Shown here piece by piece: positions 1 through 15,175 of a stretch of 64,000 nt of DNA (position 1 is its first letter; every line of letters begins with the position of its first letter). This DNA comes from Auanema rhodensis (Eukaryota > Animalia > Nematoda): assembly GCA_964057225.1 (NCBI GenBank), contig OZ059894.1, forward strand, positions 13,516,001-13,580,000, read 5' to 3'. The notes beneath the pieces were generated by a model that did not search any database, had not been told where the DNA came from, and worked only from the letters and a program-made list of their open reading frames with translations. Position numbers and translations under genes: made by a program.

Positions 1-3000
1 TCCCTTTTCTGTTACACCGCTTTCAGTACTCATCGATTCCAAAATTATTAAATGAGAAATATGTTCTCATGTTTTCTCACCTTTCCACCTTCTCTGTTTG
101 TGTAATTCGGTTGAATTACATCATAGGTCAGCAACAATATTGCAAAGTATCACCTTGACTACAAACAATTCGATAATTAGCTCATTTTGAGAACATTACC
201 TTGTGTCACTTGTGACTTCATCAAAAGCTTCAACATACAAATTTTGTGCTGCCGAAGTAATGAATTTTGTCATTGGGCTGACCAGACCTCATAAGTCAAA
301 TACAACTCATAAGAATAAAATTGTGTTTGATTGGTTTTTTTTATATTTCATCAAGCGATTTGTTATCTGAACAGTTTTATATAAATCATAGTTACAAAGC
401 TATAAGCTTGACTTATCTTAGTTCCCAATCCTTCTGAAACTATAGACATTGCTGTTGAAAAAGAAATTGCATCCTAGTGTTGTTTTTCGACGACGTTAGA
501 CTAGAAGGATTCTATGCCCCATTCCATGAGTCACATTACTTCAAACTCCTCAATCTAACTTGAACGACGAATTCGCCAACTATTCCCTATATCCATGTTA
601 TTGTTCTTACTCTTCTTCTATTTCTTCAATTGATTAAGAATTATGATTAATTGATTATTTCTCCAGTTTCTTTTGAACTAAACACCGATTAACTTGAACT
701 TATTTTTCAAAATATTATTGTCAGATGATATTCTTGGACTGTTATCTGTATTAACTACTTCCTTGAACGAACAGAAGACAATCATCTGAAATTTCAAATG
801 ACTTTGTCTATTTTTCTTTTTTATTTATTCGTTTTCAGAGATATATGATCCCTCATCTTCTTGACACAAACTCACATAATAAAAGATTTATTTTCAATAA
901 AACTTTCCAAAATATTTAGACTGAATTTGAAGGAGATAACTAGCAGCATCATTCTTTAACACTTTTTTGTTATATTTTTAACAAATTTTGTTTTTCGTTT
1001 TTATATTTATAAGCAATTGCGTTTCTTATTAAAAAGTTTAAAATATGTAAAGAGATACCGTACATATACATACATAGGTGTGTCTGGACTCAAGTAGTCA
1101 TAGACTGAAGTTGATTCAAAAGCCAAAAGTTGACAAAGTCAAAAATCTTTTGAATCAAAGTAAGTTAGTAGCAAGCAAATTTTGAACATAATTTCAGAAC
1201 CCTTTTTTTGGTGAAAGGAAGTGAGTGGGGACATTTTTTTTAACTTTCAGCATACGAGGGAAGTAATTTTCAATATATATCTTTTGGTTGAACAGATTTT
1301 TAATTCGTTTTCTCTTATTTACATAAAACCACCCATCTCTATTTCGTCTTTAAAAGGCAAATTGTTTTAAAAGCAAAATCATATATGTTCCAAAAGTGAT
1401 GACAACAAGGAAATGCCACCGTCCTTTTTGCGAACTTAATTTATTCCGGAAAACTGAATATGTCGTTTCACACATATTGCTGATCTTCTAACTTAAAGGT
1501 TTTCAGCAATAATTATGATGGTTGGTTGGATACTTATGATGCCTATTATCAAGAACACTAGATTCTACCAATCCTTATCTTATACAGTATTCTTATACAT
1601 AAAGATATGTAATTTAAGAAAAAAAAATTATATTGCTTTCAAGCTTTAATTCCTTTCGTTCAAAATTATTTCATTAATTTTTGATTTTTTCCCTTTTTAA
1701 AAACAAAAAAAAATAAAAAAGGGGTTCAAGAGAAATAAATAAATATCAATTCCAAATTTTTATCAACTACAAGTCTTTCATTCCCTACTCTCAACAGTTC
1801 TATTTAAAATACTAATATAATGGACAACTTAAATAGGTAAAGAATACGAAAGGTCATATAAAAAATTCAAAATACTTAATCGTTTACTATCTATATTTCT
1901 TTATTTCTCGTCGTTTTTCTTTTCAATTTGTCGTCTCATATTCACTATTCTCTATTTCCTCCCTTCTTGTTTCTATCTTCTGAACTCCCGGTTTTTCTCA
2001 TTATCTCTTCTGCATATAAACTGAGTTGAATATTATGTTTTGGAGTTTGTTTTCAAGGACCTTCTCTATTCAGTATAGCCTTCATGTCAGTTGACGGGCT
2101 TGACAAGGAGGTATGTGCCTGAGTGAGACTGAAATCCGCTTGAAATATTATTTTTCAACTATTTCAGTTTAGCTATCTCATTATTTTTTCTTTTGCATAG
2201 GTTTTTTATAAAACTTTATCATGTTTTTTTTCTCATTATAAGTAGTAGATGCCGTATAGAGAGTATGGCGGAGTATAAGATGTGGGGTGAGGGGGAGGGG
2301 GAGGTTAAGAAAAAGAAAAAATAGAACGGCAACACACAAAAAGAAAAATATAAGTCGAACGTATAAATATACTTCAAACGTTTACTATCTATATCTGGAT
2401 TTACAGTATATTTATAAAATCACAAACTTCATACAGTTTCTTTCAAAACTTCATGATCTAATTTTTTATTTGTTCACGCGGCCTTCATCTTACCAACTTA
2501 ATGATCTTTCGATTTGACTTAACATCGTCAAAGGAAAGTTTGGAACACACCATGCTGTGTCATATCGTGATTGATAGCTGGGATCAGAGTAAGAAAACGA
2601 AAAAAAAAGGAGAAAAAGGGCTCAATGTACTTGCTTGGGTAAAAAGATGAACAACTGATTGGCAATTGTGAACAATTATCTTTAAAAATTGTTTTTGTCT
2701 AAAATTGTTTAGGTACTTTTACCGTCTAATGCATATACATAATGACATGAGTTTGTATATTTTGAATAGTTTTTACATTAATTTCAAACATAAACATTAA
2801 CATGTTTATCAAAATATCTAACCTTCATATTCCAATCAAGTTTTGTTCGAAGAAGTCTTCTTTTAATTGCTTTGCTATACATGTTTCAAGTTCTTGTCAT
2901 TTTTTTCATGTTTGTATTTTGGAACTAAATTGTATATTTTCTGTTTTGTTTTAACTATATCTCTTCTTTTGCTTTATATCTACTTGCAATTCACTAGCTT

Positions 3001-6000
3001 TTCATATCTATCCGCAAAGTATTCTGATGGACATCTGTCGTCGTCAGATCTGCATCTGACATACTTACCGAGGTGCATATTTCTAGTCATCCAACTTAAG
3101 CTGAAGTCTTCTTTTCTGTCCGTTCCTCTTCATCTATCTATCTATCTTCCACTATTCGTTCACCCCCATTTCCTTTCTTTATCTCATTCTGCCACTTCTT
3201 TACTTCCCCTCTATCTATCAAGTCCAATTAACCAAAACGTCTGGTCGAAAAAGGCTGCCGGTAAATACATTTTTCTTCGTCTTCTTGACCGTTTAGTTTA
3301 AATCTCAAATTCTTCAATTTTTTATTCAGTTTACTTATTTTTATTTATTTTTTTCAATAATTGTTTAATGTTAAAATGAACTTACTAATCCTCGTTTAAA
3401 TCTTAGAAAAGTCAGTCCTACCTAAGCCCAGAAGTATTATTGTAATGGCTTACACATAAGCATTTATCAAACAGAATAAAGAAAAAGGAAATTTATATAC
3501 TTAATAACCTCTTCTGTGGTCTGATTACTTCCACAAAACGTTTAAAAACAATACTATGTGGTGTATGATGTTTCTTATAGTTTCCGCAAAAACGTAATGC
3601 TCTCTGAAATTCAGATTTTATTGAAATTTTCTTTTGAGTAATCTTTCTCGTATATGTATGTTCTTTCAGCATTTAATTTTTTTTCAAATTTAATGTTTTT
3701 ACTGAATATTTAAACGAAATGTTATTTTTTAATCTTATCTTCAAGTTTCATCTACTCAGTAGCTCAAGACTACTTTGGGGGTACAAGCTTTTCTCAACTT
3801 CCGGAGTCTTGAGCTATAATTGCTCTTTCTTCTTCTCTTCTTTCTCGCTATTTCATATTTGGTAATCGAACGAATAGTCATTGAATAAGAAATAAATAGC
3901 CATTTGCTCATAAAGTAAAAAAATAGAAAAATTCTTATTTCAAGTAAGTTTTTATTCAAATTATATGTGCACATATGTATAGTAAACTAAGATGAATTTA
4001 CACAACCAACAACAAGGAAATGTGAAATTAAATTTGATGGAATTTGAACCTTTTGTACTTTTTAAAAGATAAGATTATCTATATAATTCTAAACTTCTTC
4101 TTTAATTTCATAAATACTTCATATTCTTCAGAAACTAAACAATCGTTTAAACTTTTTATATTATTTGCTAGTTCTAAAGTTATTGCTTTTGAATTTGAAT
4201 TCAATAAGGCAGTTTTCAAGTGGAAATAATCTACTCTTAGTAAAATTTTTATTTTACTTCGTTTCTACAACTTCAGAAGAACATATTTTTAGTTCTTTAT
4301 ATCAGTGTAATACAATGTATTCCATTTCTATATATGTTTCAATAACTAAAAACTTTGAAATCAGATAAAAATTATTATTTACAATCTTAATTATAATGAT
4401 ATTATGTGAAACAAATGAAGAGTTATACATACATGTGACATATATAACTATAACTACTATATATATATATGATTGAAAAGAAGAAAATCAAGATTAATCT
4501 TTCTTTTTTTCATTCAAAATTCAAAATTTAAAATTTATCTTTAACATCTGTGTCTGATTTACATAATCTCTGATTCGTTGTTCATGATGTAGATTAAGTG
4601 ACTTTTGGGTTAAATTACAATGAAAATCTTTTTTTTTTGGTTTTTCTAAATCATCCTTTATCATTCTAGAGTTAAAATCATTTATATTTGGTTTATTGTA
4701 AAATTTAAAAAATTCAACTAAAAATGTTGAAGATTGTCTTTGAATTGACAAATAGAAGAAGAATTGTTTGACTTTGTTCAATATACATAAATATAAAGTA
4801 TAGTGTCTTTCTAATTTTAAAATGGATCATATTGCATATATTGAAATTGAACTCAAAATGTAGAAAACCTTTTTACTAAGACAATTCTGATTCTATGGAG
4901 TATTGCACTGTTCTTCTTCTTCATCATCATCATATTTTTTTTTCCAGATATGTATTTACTATTCATCTTTTAAAGATTGTCTTCATTATGGATTAAGATT
5001 CTCAATCATACTTGCCAACGTATCATTGCTTAGTTGCAAGTCGTCCAAATCTTTGTCATTCATATTGTCCTTTGTCTTTCATATCATTCTTAACAAACAA
5101 GTATTGAGAGTTCAAAAAATACCTTTTTTTGAATAAAACATAAGAAATTATAAATAAAGAAAGATGATAATATAGTTAACATCTTAACATCTAAACATAT
5201 TTCAATTTGTATTCATGAATGCTATGTACATATAAGTTTACAAGGATGATTTTCTCTTTTTTTTTTCGCTAATTAGTTTGTACTTGTTGGAGGGATGTAA
5301 TTTGCTGGAGAATTTGTTCCTCTACTGCTCCCTATATTCCGTTGTCATTGTCTATTCTTCAAAAGTTACGTCAGTCTGTTGAATTTTATACATTCATCTT
5401 CGTCAAAGAGTTCAGATTCCTTGTCTTTTCCTCATCTTCATTCTCTGTTCTTTGTTTTTTCTCAAGGACTTCTTCTATTTCTTCATGATCCTATGTCTTT
5501 CTCATTTTTTTTAAACATTTGCCCATATCCAATTATATAGCAATTTTGATTTTAAAATTGGTCTTGAAATCGGTGCGGCACATTAAGAAACGTCATAGTA
5601 TATCTTCAAATATATCTCAGAGGACTCACTAACAATACCAGATTATTAACAATGTAATTCATTCAAAGGTTCATATAGTTCATATAATATATATTATTAT
5701 TTCTTTAATTTCCTTGTTTAATTCATGAAAAACCTGTCTTCATAATAGATAACTAAGATTGTATTATCTGGAAATAGTTAGTACTTCCTTATTTAAGTAC
5801 AATATTTTTTGAAGTTTCATTGTAAAACACATTTTTTTCTTCACTTTATTGTTTGATAAAATGATTTTTCATGATATAATTTAGAATCTGAAAATCATAA
5901 AATTTCGAAGTAAAGATTAAATTTCTATTAATTATTTTACAATTTTCTTTATTATTATTTACACTTCTACATTCTATTATTGTTTTTTTTGTATTAAACT

Positions 6001-7523
6001 TTATAATAATGATATGATATGTCTGTATGTTTTATACATAATATAACATATATGATATCTTATATTATACAAAAAGATGATCAACTAATGATCAACTAAC
6101 TTCTGTTTAATACAATGTCATGTATTCCATTCATCCATCATACTTCTTCACCTATTGCGTCATGCTTCACAGCTTTATTGACATATGTATATCTTTCATA
6201 ATAGATACGTTCAAGTACAATTGTCTTTTTCAGTTTTTTTTTAAATTTATGCCATTTATATGCGATTCTATACTAACGGGATGCAGCTTGCGACAACGAA
6301 ATCAGCGCTCATACACATAATATATACACACACACACAGACATGTACGTCTATATATGAACACTGAGATACTATTCTTTCTCATTTGTTTATGCTTTTAA
6401 AAAAAAAAGGATAAGAATAAAAAAAGAAGAGATATATCTATATATATGCTTTGAAATGAGTCTATGACTTAAAGATGAAAGTGAAAAGAGTGTATTTGAG
6501 CGAGATGGACATAGATAGAAAGAGAGGAAGTAGGAGGGTGGTAGATTGTATACGAAAATTTTTTTATTCTCTATTTTGAGAGCAAATTGAGATGTTCCAG
6601 TTAATTGTTAAAAAGACCAAAGTGAGAAGAAGCTTTATTTGTGTTATACGAGTGTATGCTCTTTTAGATCATTAACCAAGCTTTGCAAAAGCTATACATT
6701 TGTAGCAAACCGACATAAAGCAAGATCGTAGACCATTGACAGGAAATTCGATTTGGTGATCGAAATTAACTGCTGATCCGCCTGAAAATGACATTGACAA
6801 GGATGATTCAATCATTTTCTTTTAGTTTTTGTTCCTATTTTACAAGCTAAGCTCATTCATATTATTACAACAAATAATATAGTGATATAGTAATGAAGAG
6901 AAAAGTAATAGTTATGATTAAAATAGAAAAAAATCCCTTGAAAATAGAATATTGTTGATATATCTAACTTCCCTTCAAGTTAAACTGCCCAAGTCAAAAT
7001 GAATGGCGCAAATAAAAATTAGAATACTTCTTCACTTAAAAATATAATTTACGTGAAAAAATGTTATTTTATAATATGTAATAGACGTTGAGTGGTTGTT
7101 AATTTATAATATTTTTTGAATTAAATTATACATTATACTATATACATATAGTATATTATGAATTCAACTATTAATTGTGTGGACTATGCTTAGCTTGAAA
7201 TTGGTCAGCAAAAACTGAGGAGATGAATGTACATCTTCAGTCAAACAAAATGTTTCCTCCAACCATATAATTAATTTTATTTATACATACACTTTGATAT
7301 ATAAATATATATTTATATGAACATATTTTATTATAAAAATGAATGTGTTATATTTAATTTTGAACAAAAAAATGAAGCCTAGATGAATAACTTGTCATTA
7401 GCACGCAATTTTTTTCAAAATTTGAACCTAGATTTCATTTTTATTTCATTTTTTGGTGATGTGATTGTATTTCATACACTACATCTTTGCGATTTACGTA
7501 GCTTTTCTCAAGAATATTAGAAT

Positions 7524-7527
<4 letters not shown>

Positions 7528-7563
<36 letters not shown>
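7528..7563. repeat. (CT)n microsatellite
   Basis: Uninterrupted TC dinucleotide run. Confidence 0.95.
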
Positions 7564-7569
<6 letters not shown>

Positions 7570-8184
7570 ACTCTTTCTCTTTCTCTCTGTACCCCTCTCC
7601 TTTTTATCTACCTCTTATTCTCCCTTTTTTTTTACCTTTTTACTTTTAACTCGTTATGTCTCTGTTGCATGTTACTCCATTTTTCTTCCTTCGTTCACTC
7701 ACTTCCTCTTCAATCCACTCTTTTATCATGAAAACTAAAAGTTTTTATATTTCAATTGAAAAGATGATCTACGACCACCATCACATGTTCTTATGCAGCT
7801 GTCTTTTGATTCACATGGGGTTGACGTCTAGCTTGGTGTCCAGAATTATTTCAACCTAGCGTGGGTCGTGTTGTTGTCCTCCTCACGTTTAAATATTTTA
7901 GTTGACTCTTTTTTAAAGCAACACGTAGTGCTGTTTCCGGTTGTTCCAATCAAATAATTCAATGTTCTTGTGGTATGAAGGCGTCAGAATCGTTTCTGGT
8001 CATACGTATAAACTTCATAAATTGCAGTTTGCACTTCGCTGTTAAGTTTTATTCAAACGTGAACTTATTCCTTATTAACCCAAAACGTTTTTATCCTTGA
8101 ATTAGAAAGCTTTAAATGTTGAAAACGGACTCATAACTTTCAACCCTTTTCATCTATATTCATTGAACACCTAATCTTCAATCC

Positions 8185-8187
<3 letters not shown>

Positions 8188-8231
<44 letters not shown>
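8188..8231. repeat. (CT)n microsatellite
   Basis: Uninterrupted CT run. Confidence 0.95.
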
Positions 8232-8233
<2 letters not shown>

Positions 8234-11200
8234 AGCTCTATTCCACTTTCAGTTGAATTTCTTGTAGCTTATACTCAATTAAGGAAGTTTCACAGATTTT
8301 CAAATCGAATTCAACATACTTCTTTGCTATAATACAGAAAAAATAGGAAGAAAAGTTGAGAGCACTTCATTTTTACCAAATATCTTGCGAGACACACAAA
8401 AATAGCATTTCAATCCTTCTTTTTCAACTCGTTCCCTTTCTGACCTTCCCTTCATGTTCAAGAGTACTAAAATTTTGATTCATTTTTTCCTCCAAAAACG
8501 GAAAAAGCTTTTTCTTTTTTTCATATTCTGACACATATGTATATACACAAGTTATAACTTCAAAACGTAGCTTAATTGATCAAAAATTGCGAACAAGAAG
8601 CTTGTTGTTTATATTATTCCTCATGTATTTAGTCTAATCATGCATCTAATGAATGATCTTGTTTAGTATAATGATTCAAATAAGGTTCAAATTGCTCAAA
8701 TATTTTTCTATTCACTCGTTATACTTGTCTTTGAATATAATTTGTATGTCGCCGATTGAGGTGCAATTACCAATCAAAATTTCAGATCGCCGAGTAAGCA
8801 CGATGATCAAACATCGCCCTGATGAAAAGATTGCTTAAAGTTTGAACGATGAGAAGCACGATGGTAACGATGGCGTTGATATTTTGAGTTACTTCTTTTC
8901 ATAGTATTCTTCGAGTTCTTTTTCTTGTAATCATCTCATCAGTGGACTTCACTTTCATCACTAGACTTCGCTCCCATCAGTAGGATGTGCTCAAAAGCTT
9001 CGAAAAATCTTCATTGAATTCCGAAATGGAGAAAAATAGAATAGGGTGACGATCATAATGAAGTTTTGAAAAGCCAATAGAGAAAGCAGATACAAGGGGA
9101 AACGAAGAGAATGTTGAAGATGAGAAGTTTACAAATCACGGCATGAACTTCAAAGATCTTTGTGTGTGTATTGGGTGTAGAAGGACGTAGATTTATTTGA
9201 AAAAACCTTATCTATTTGTATATAAATAAATCCTTTTAAGCTGAACATCAAGAGTTGTTTAGGCTACAAGATAAGCCTAATAACTGTGTCCAATCGTTTC
9301 ATTTATATAGTTTTTCAAGAAAATCTATTTGGCTCAAGCGTTTTTCTGTTCATCTCCATTCTCAAGGGCGTTTCTTTCCATTTTTTGCTCAATTTCTCTC
9401 TTACTCTCAACAAGTCTCTTTACGTCTTTTCCTTCAAATTAAGCTATGAATTGTTAGAATGTAATCTTTCATGCATGTTTGATAGTTTGACACAATCGGT
9501 GAGAAGCATACCAATATGCTGAACTTACTGGTAAACCAGCGGGCAAGTTATCTCAACGTGCATAAGCATGTGTACGCAGTTGAGAATAAATTTTTTCGAG
9601 GGGAAAACAGAAAGTAGAATGAGTTTTGATGAAGAACGGGTACATTGGAATAGAAATAAAGTATAGAAAAAGCTGTAAGTAAGAGAAGGAAGTAGAAAAA
9701 AAAGAAACAAATTGAAGAAAAAAGGTTTCAAATCTGTTCGAAAACGCAATATTTATCTTTTTAATTTTGTAAAAGATGTCTGAAAGATATGTATAAAGAT
9801 AGATATTGAAAAACGTTTTAATTATAAAAACTAATAATCTATTTTAAGATTCTTACCAAATTTTTACGACATGTTGATGATATTGAAGATGAAGTTATCA
9901 TACTAACTAGTTTTATGCTACTATCTAGTATAAAGTATATGGTATACTAATAAATAAAATAATTATTTTAATTTATTTCCTGAAAAAGGTAGAAAAGTCA
10001 CGTTATTTATCCATTGTATGATTTATTTCTTACAATGTTCTAACGTACAAATATAATTGTGTAATGCTTCTCAATACCTTGTTTATTTATTTCTGTTAGC
10101 TCCACTCATTTACTTCTCAGAAAAAAGAGGAAATTAAAAATTTTCCAATATTTTTCTTTCTAATAGCCTGAAAAAGGCATTTTCATTTATCTTTTTTCTC
10201 ATATCAAATATAATACATGACTATGTTTCTGTCAGAAGTACAGAGTTGAAGACAAACTTTAGGATTCCAGCCTTAATTCAAAGCTGGTTCCAGGTAATAT
10301 CTTGTCTAACATTCCGGATCCTCTTCATTGCACATGTATTTAGTTCTATGTTTATCCATGTTTTTACCTCATTTTATATTTACAGAACATCTTTAACTAT
10401 TCAACTACAATCGCTTTTACTTTGTCGTTTTTTAAAATTTGTTTAATCTTTTCTGATCCTTTGCTCTCATCTCTCTTTCATACTATCTTATACTCCTTCT
10501 ATGGTTTTTGGCCTTTCTTATGCTTACCTTACTGCCCCAATTGAATCCTAACACTACCGTAATCTGTAAACTGAGACGTGACATCTTGAGGAAAAAATTT
10601 TTAAAAGATATTCAGAGCATCGTGCAGAAGAATCATTCACAATTGTATTATTTTTTTTTGAAAATAGTTAATTGGAATATGCAATAGCCACTCCAGCATT
10701 TTCATCCCATATTTGGTATCGCTTTAGATTTTAATTGAATTATGCTTTATCGTTTTACATCTCTCTTTCTATATTCCTCTCTAGCCCTTATTCTTCTCTT
10801 CTTAAAATACTCTTATAAACGTATAGTATAGTATATTATGCAAGATTTGTGTCTGTCGTATAAACGACTAACATAATTGCCACCTGAGCTCCATATTTCT
10901 TTTTCAAAATCGAAAATTTTTCTATTCATATTCATCGCTACCATCCTACGCATATTTTTATGTTTGAAGACACACGTTTCTTTCTATTTATTTAACCTAA
11001 TCTGATGATTTCAGTTTATTTCTTCCCTTTCTTCTATACTTAGTTCTATTGTTCTATATATATATAAGGACAACATCATTTCTTCAATAAAAATTTTTAA
11101 TATCTTACCTTTTTCTTCAACTTTCTTTCTTATTTTTAACATTCTTTCATATTTTACCATCTTTATTATCTAATCTACTTCACACCGTCAATGCAAAGTC

Positions 11201-14200
11201 AACTACTTGCCCTCCCCTCTCCGCCACTTTGACTCAACCTAACTACCCCTTCATCGTTTTCATTGCCCATCATCACAGCATTATTTTTCATGCCATATTA
11301 CAAACGTTCGCCATATGAACTTTTCATTTCTCCTAATAAATAAACAGAAAAAACTTGAATTTTTTAATTCATCAAAAGCTTATAAACTTTATTTTATGCA
11401 TAATGTGTATCCATCTGTATATGTACTTGCTTTTTCAAGTACACCATACTCTCAATATCCATAACAGGAAATCTTTATCGAAAATAGCAGTTCAGTTAAA
11501 ACTTTCGGTCTTTTTTCTTACCACCAGCTATATTTGAAAAGGGTATGAACAGTATTCATTTCTCCCTCTCTCTCTCTCTCTCTCCCTCTCTCTCTCTTTC
11601 TCTATCACGATTTTTCTGTTTCTTTTTCTTAAACTTTTCATATATATATATTCGAGATCTCAAGTGATTTGACCAATATTTTTTACTTTAATAACATAAA
11701 TATATATATGCATATTATACTAATATTTTCTTCTTTAAACTTTTCTATCATCGTTGAAACTATTGAATTGTTATAAACACCTGTTTTATTTCTGAATAAT
11801 AATAATTGCTCAACAATCATATTTACTTCAGCCTTTTTTACTTCTTTTATACGATTTTACTTATTCATATTATTCTTACATAACCTTCTCCGACATTTTG
11901 AAACATTCTTTTCTTTTCAAATATAAAGTTTATATTTCTTTCATCTATGCTGATCACATTTTATAAAACTTTATTTGTGCTTTGATATGATTTTTTTAGT
12001 TTAGTTTTTCTTTCAAATAGCACATTACGTTATTCTTTTTCTTTTATTCTAATCTTTCTATTAAAATATACATTTATATATATTCTTTTTAAATTATTAT
12101 TCCACACTTTGTATGTGCAAACTTTTTCTAATTTTCGTCTAATGATCTACATAAGCCATAGACATCTTATATTCATCTTCGAATTTTTCTCCTCATTTGT
12201 CCAATTTCCTCCGGTCAGTTTACGTTCACACTCACCCTGAAAGCTTTCGTAGTTATTTTACAGCATTTTTTTCTTCAAATTCGTTTTATTCTATTGCCTA
12301 TTTCAACAAAATATAAGAGATTTCTATTTCTCTCTCTCTCTCTCTCTCTTTTACTGAAAAACTATTGCTATTATTTATTTATTTTGAAAAACTTTGAATA
12401 TTTATGTCAAATACTAGTGTTAATTGTCTTGATATGATGTTAAAACGAAAATGTAATGAGAAGTAAAAAAGTGCAACCGTTTCATGTTAGTTCAAACTAA
12501 AAATGCAAAATGTGTTTGAAATTCACGTTAAATTCAAATGTCATCTCATTCTACAATAGCTTCTCCCCCCCCCCCACCACTTGGTTTACTCCAAAATAAA
12601 TTCAAATTTTCTAATAGCTTCGGTTCAAAATAATTTTCTAATGGAACAAATTTTGAAAACAGAAAGAAGAGAAAGTTTTTTATTGCTATTGTGACCGTTC
12701 GTTCGTTGTGTAGAAATCTCATATTACTCTAGCTGGTTAGGTTTGTGAGTAAAAGTGAATTTGTCAAATAGTTGTTTGTTGATTGAGATTCAAAGTTCCT
12801 CTTTGTATATATCCAAATAAAAACATATAAATAACGAAAGACGAGAAGTAAATGAAAACGACATAGGTAAGGTCTTTATTACAAATATCTCTTCAAAATA
12901 CAATTTAACTGAATATTTGCATATGTGTATGCCATAGTTGTGATGTTTTTAAGATGTTCTGAACTTTTTTAAAATTGCTAATCCGATGAGATTTAGCTAA
13001 TGTTATAAGAGCGCGAAATTCATAAGGATTGGTTCCGTAAACGCTGTTATCTTCTTTTTGTTATTTAAATGTTCTTCTAGCTTTTGCCTTTTCACCCTCT
13101 CTTACTTTCTCTTTTTCTCTCTTTATCTCACTTTTTCTGTCTTTTCCCCTTTTATGAAACGAACGGCCACCAGTTTTTTAAAAATTTTCCACTTTATTTC
13201 AATAATTCAAATAACGTTTCTGTCCTTTTCGTATATGAAATTTTCTTCAAAAAAGGCTGATTCTCCCATGAGACCTATTTTCTTTTTTTTTTGTTAAAAC
13301 AGTAGAAAATATGTCAAAGACAAATGCAAAGGATTCATTTTAATTTTGAGTTAGCACAGAACCTTAGCATATTACTAAGTATGACCTATTTCATTAGGCT
13401 TTGTGATGCCATCTCATCATCATTCAGATCTGTTTCCTCTCTCTCTGTCCTCCTCCTATTCCCCTCCTTCTCCTCCTTCATCTCAATATAATATCTTTGC
13501 ACTCCTTTTTCTTAACTTTTTTCTATTTACTCTAATATCTTTTATTTTTTAATTTCTTGTTATTTTAAAAATATTTATTATTTACATGATATAAAGCCAT
13601 CAATACCCTAAGATATTAGAATAGTTTGATTCATTGTAACAAATGTTGTTAAAAGCTTTTAATTCTAAACCACCAAGTAAGAATATGTGCTGTTAGGCAA
13701 CACAACCTTTTTTTCTTCATTTTTCAAAACTAACGATTAAGATTTAGGTGACAAAAAAAGAAAAGAAATAAAAGCGGATATGCTTCAGCTTGTATTGATT
13801 CTTAATTTTAAGTTTTAGCGAAATCGAGGAAAACAAAAAGGAACTATTCAAGAGATATTTTAAAGTTATTAAAACAAGAAAATATAAAATAATAACATTT
13901 ATAAAATAAAATTTCATTTTAAAGCTACTTTGATCAGTTATGCTCCCTCATAGTTATTTAAAATTGTATGTTTTTTCCTTTTTCATCGCACATTTTTATT
14001 TTTTTGAGCTTAAATCATTGTATAGTAATAGATCAAAAATCTTATAAGTTATAGATGACAATGATGATACATCCATCCAACATATAACACGTATATACTA
14101 TAGTCTATCTATATATATATCTATTTAAATATATTATATATATAAGATATATTACATATATACTATTCAACATATAGTTTATTACAGGAAATAATTTTAG

Positions 14201-15092
14201 TTTCTTACTTGTGTAATTTGAAAATCTAATTTATATTTGAACAACTCCATGATCTCGATAATGAGTTTTACGCTTAAAGATAAATCTTGATTGATTTGTC
14301 TTTTTGGAAATTGCTTGAGAAAAAAAATAAGAAATTAGCCATTTTCCATCATTGTTTAGGATTTTCGTTTTAGATAAGTTTAGTTTAGACTGATATGTAG
14401 CGCAACAGAATCATGCCAATGAATTCTGACAGCGAAAAATTACATTGTGGAGGTTTTTATACTCATTTTTCAATTTTTTTGTTCACCAAATACTAAAGCT
14501 CATGTAACCATTTCATATTCCAAGTTGGGAAAATAGTTAAAGCTTTAGTTGATAAACTTAATTTATAATATTTATTAAATATTTAATACAAATTTATTTA
14601 ACAAACTTATTTGTTTTCGATTTCTTTCTCTTTTTTTTCTTTTATATTGATATTTTGCTGATAATACCTGCACAGTACTAAGCTTTTTAAGCTTTTAGTA
14701 CTTGCAATGAATGAATTTTTCTTCAAAAATTAAATTCAAAAGATTATCTTGACTGACATGGGACAAATGTACTTGTATATACACAAATTGAAACAAAACT
14801 CTCGAAAACTAAACACTTTGTATGTTTTGCCATCCTTGTGCAACTATTTTCTAAAATTGTAAATTCAAAAATTGTTTTTTTGACTTTCGTTTGAATGATC
14901 TTTCTTTCTTCTTCGTTCCATAAAATTAATTTCAATCAAATCCACTTTGAAACTTCAAGTAGAAAGCTCTTATATCGAGATGTTCTCATCTTAATTTAGA
15001 TTAATTATATTGATAATATCAAATAATTCTTATATTTATTTTCAGAATAATAATTATGAAAAATTAAAATTATTACTATACTATCCACCATT

Positions 15093-15101
<9 letters not shown>

Positions 15102-15169
<68 letters not shown>
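15102..15169. repeat. (CT)n microsatellite
   Basis: Longest CT run in the window. Confidence 0.95.

Positions 15170-15175
<6 letters not shown>

Noticed and set aside
3061-3070. ATACTTACC resembling the U1 snRNA 5' end
   Set aside because: Downstream sequence lacks U1 stems and an Sm site; better explained as an antisense 5' splice site.
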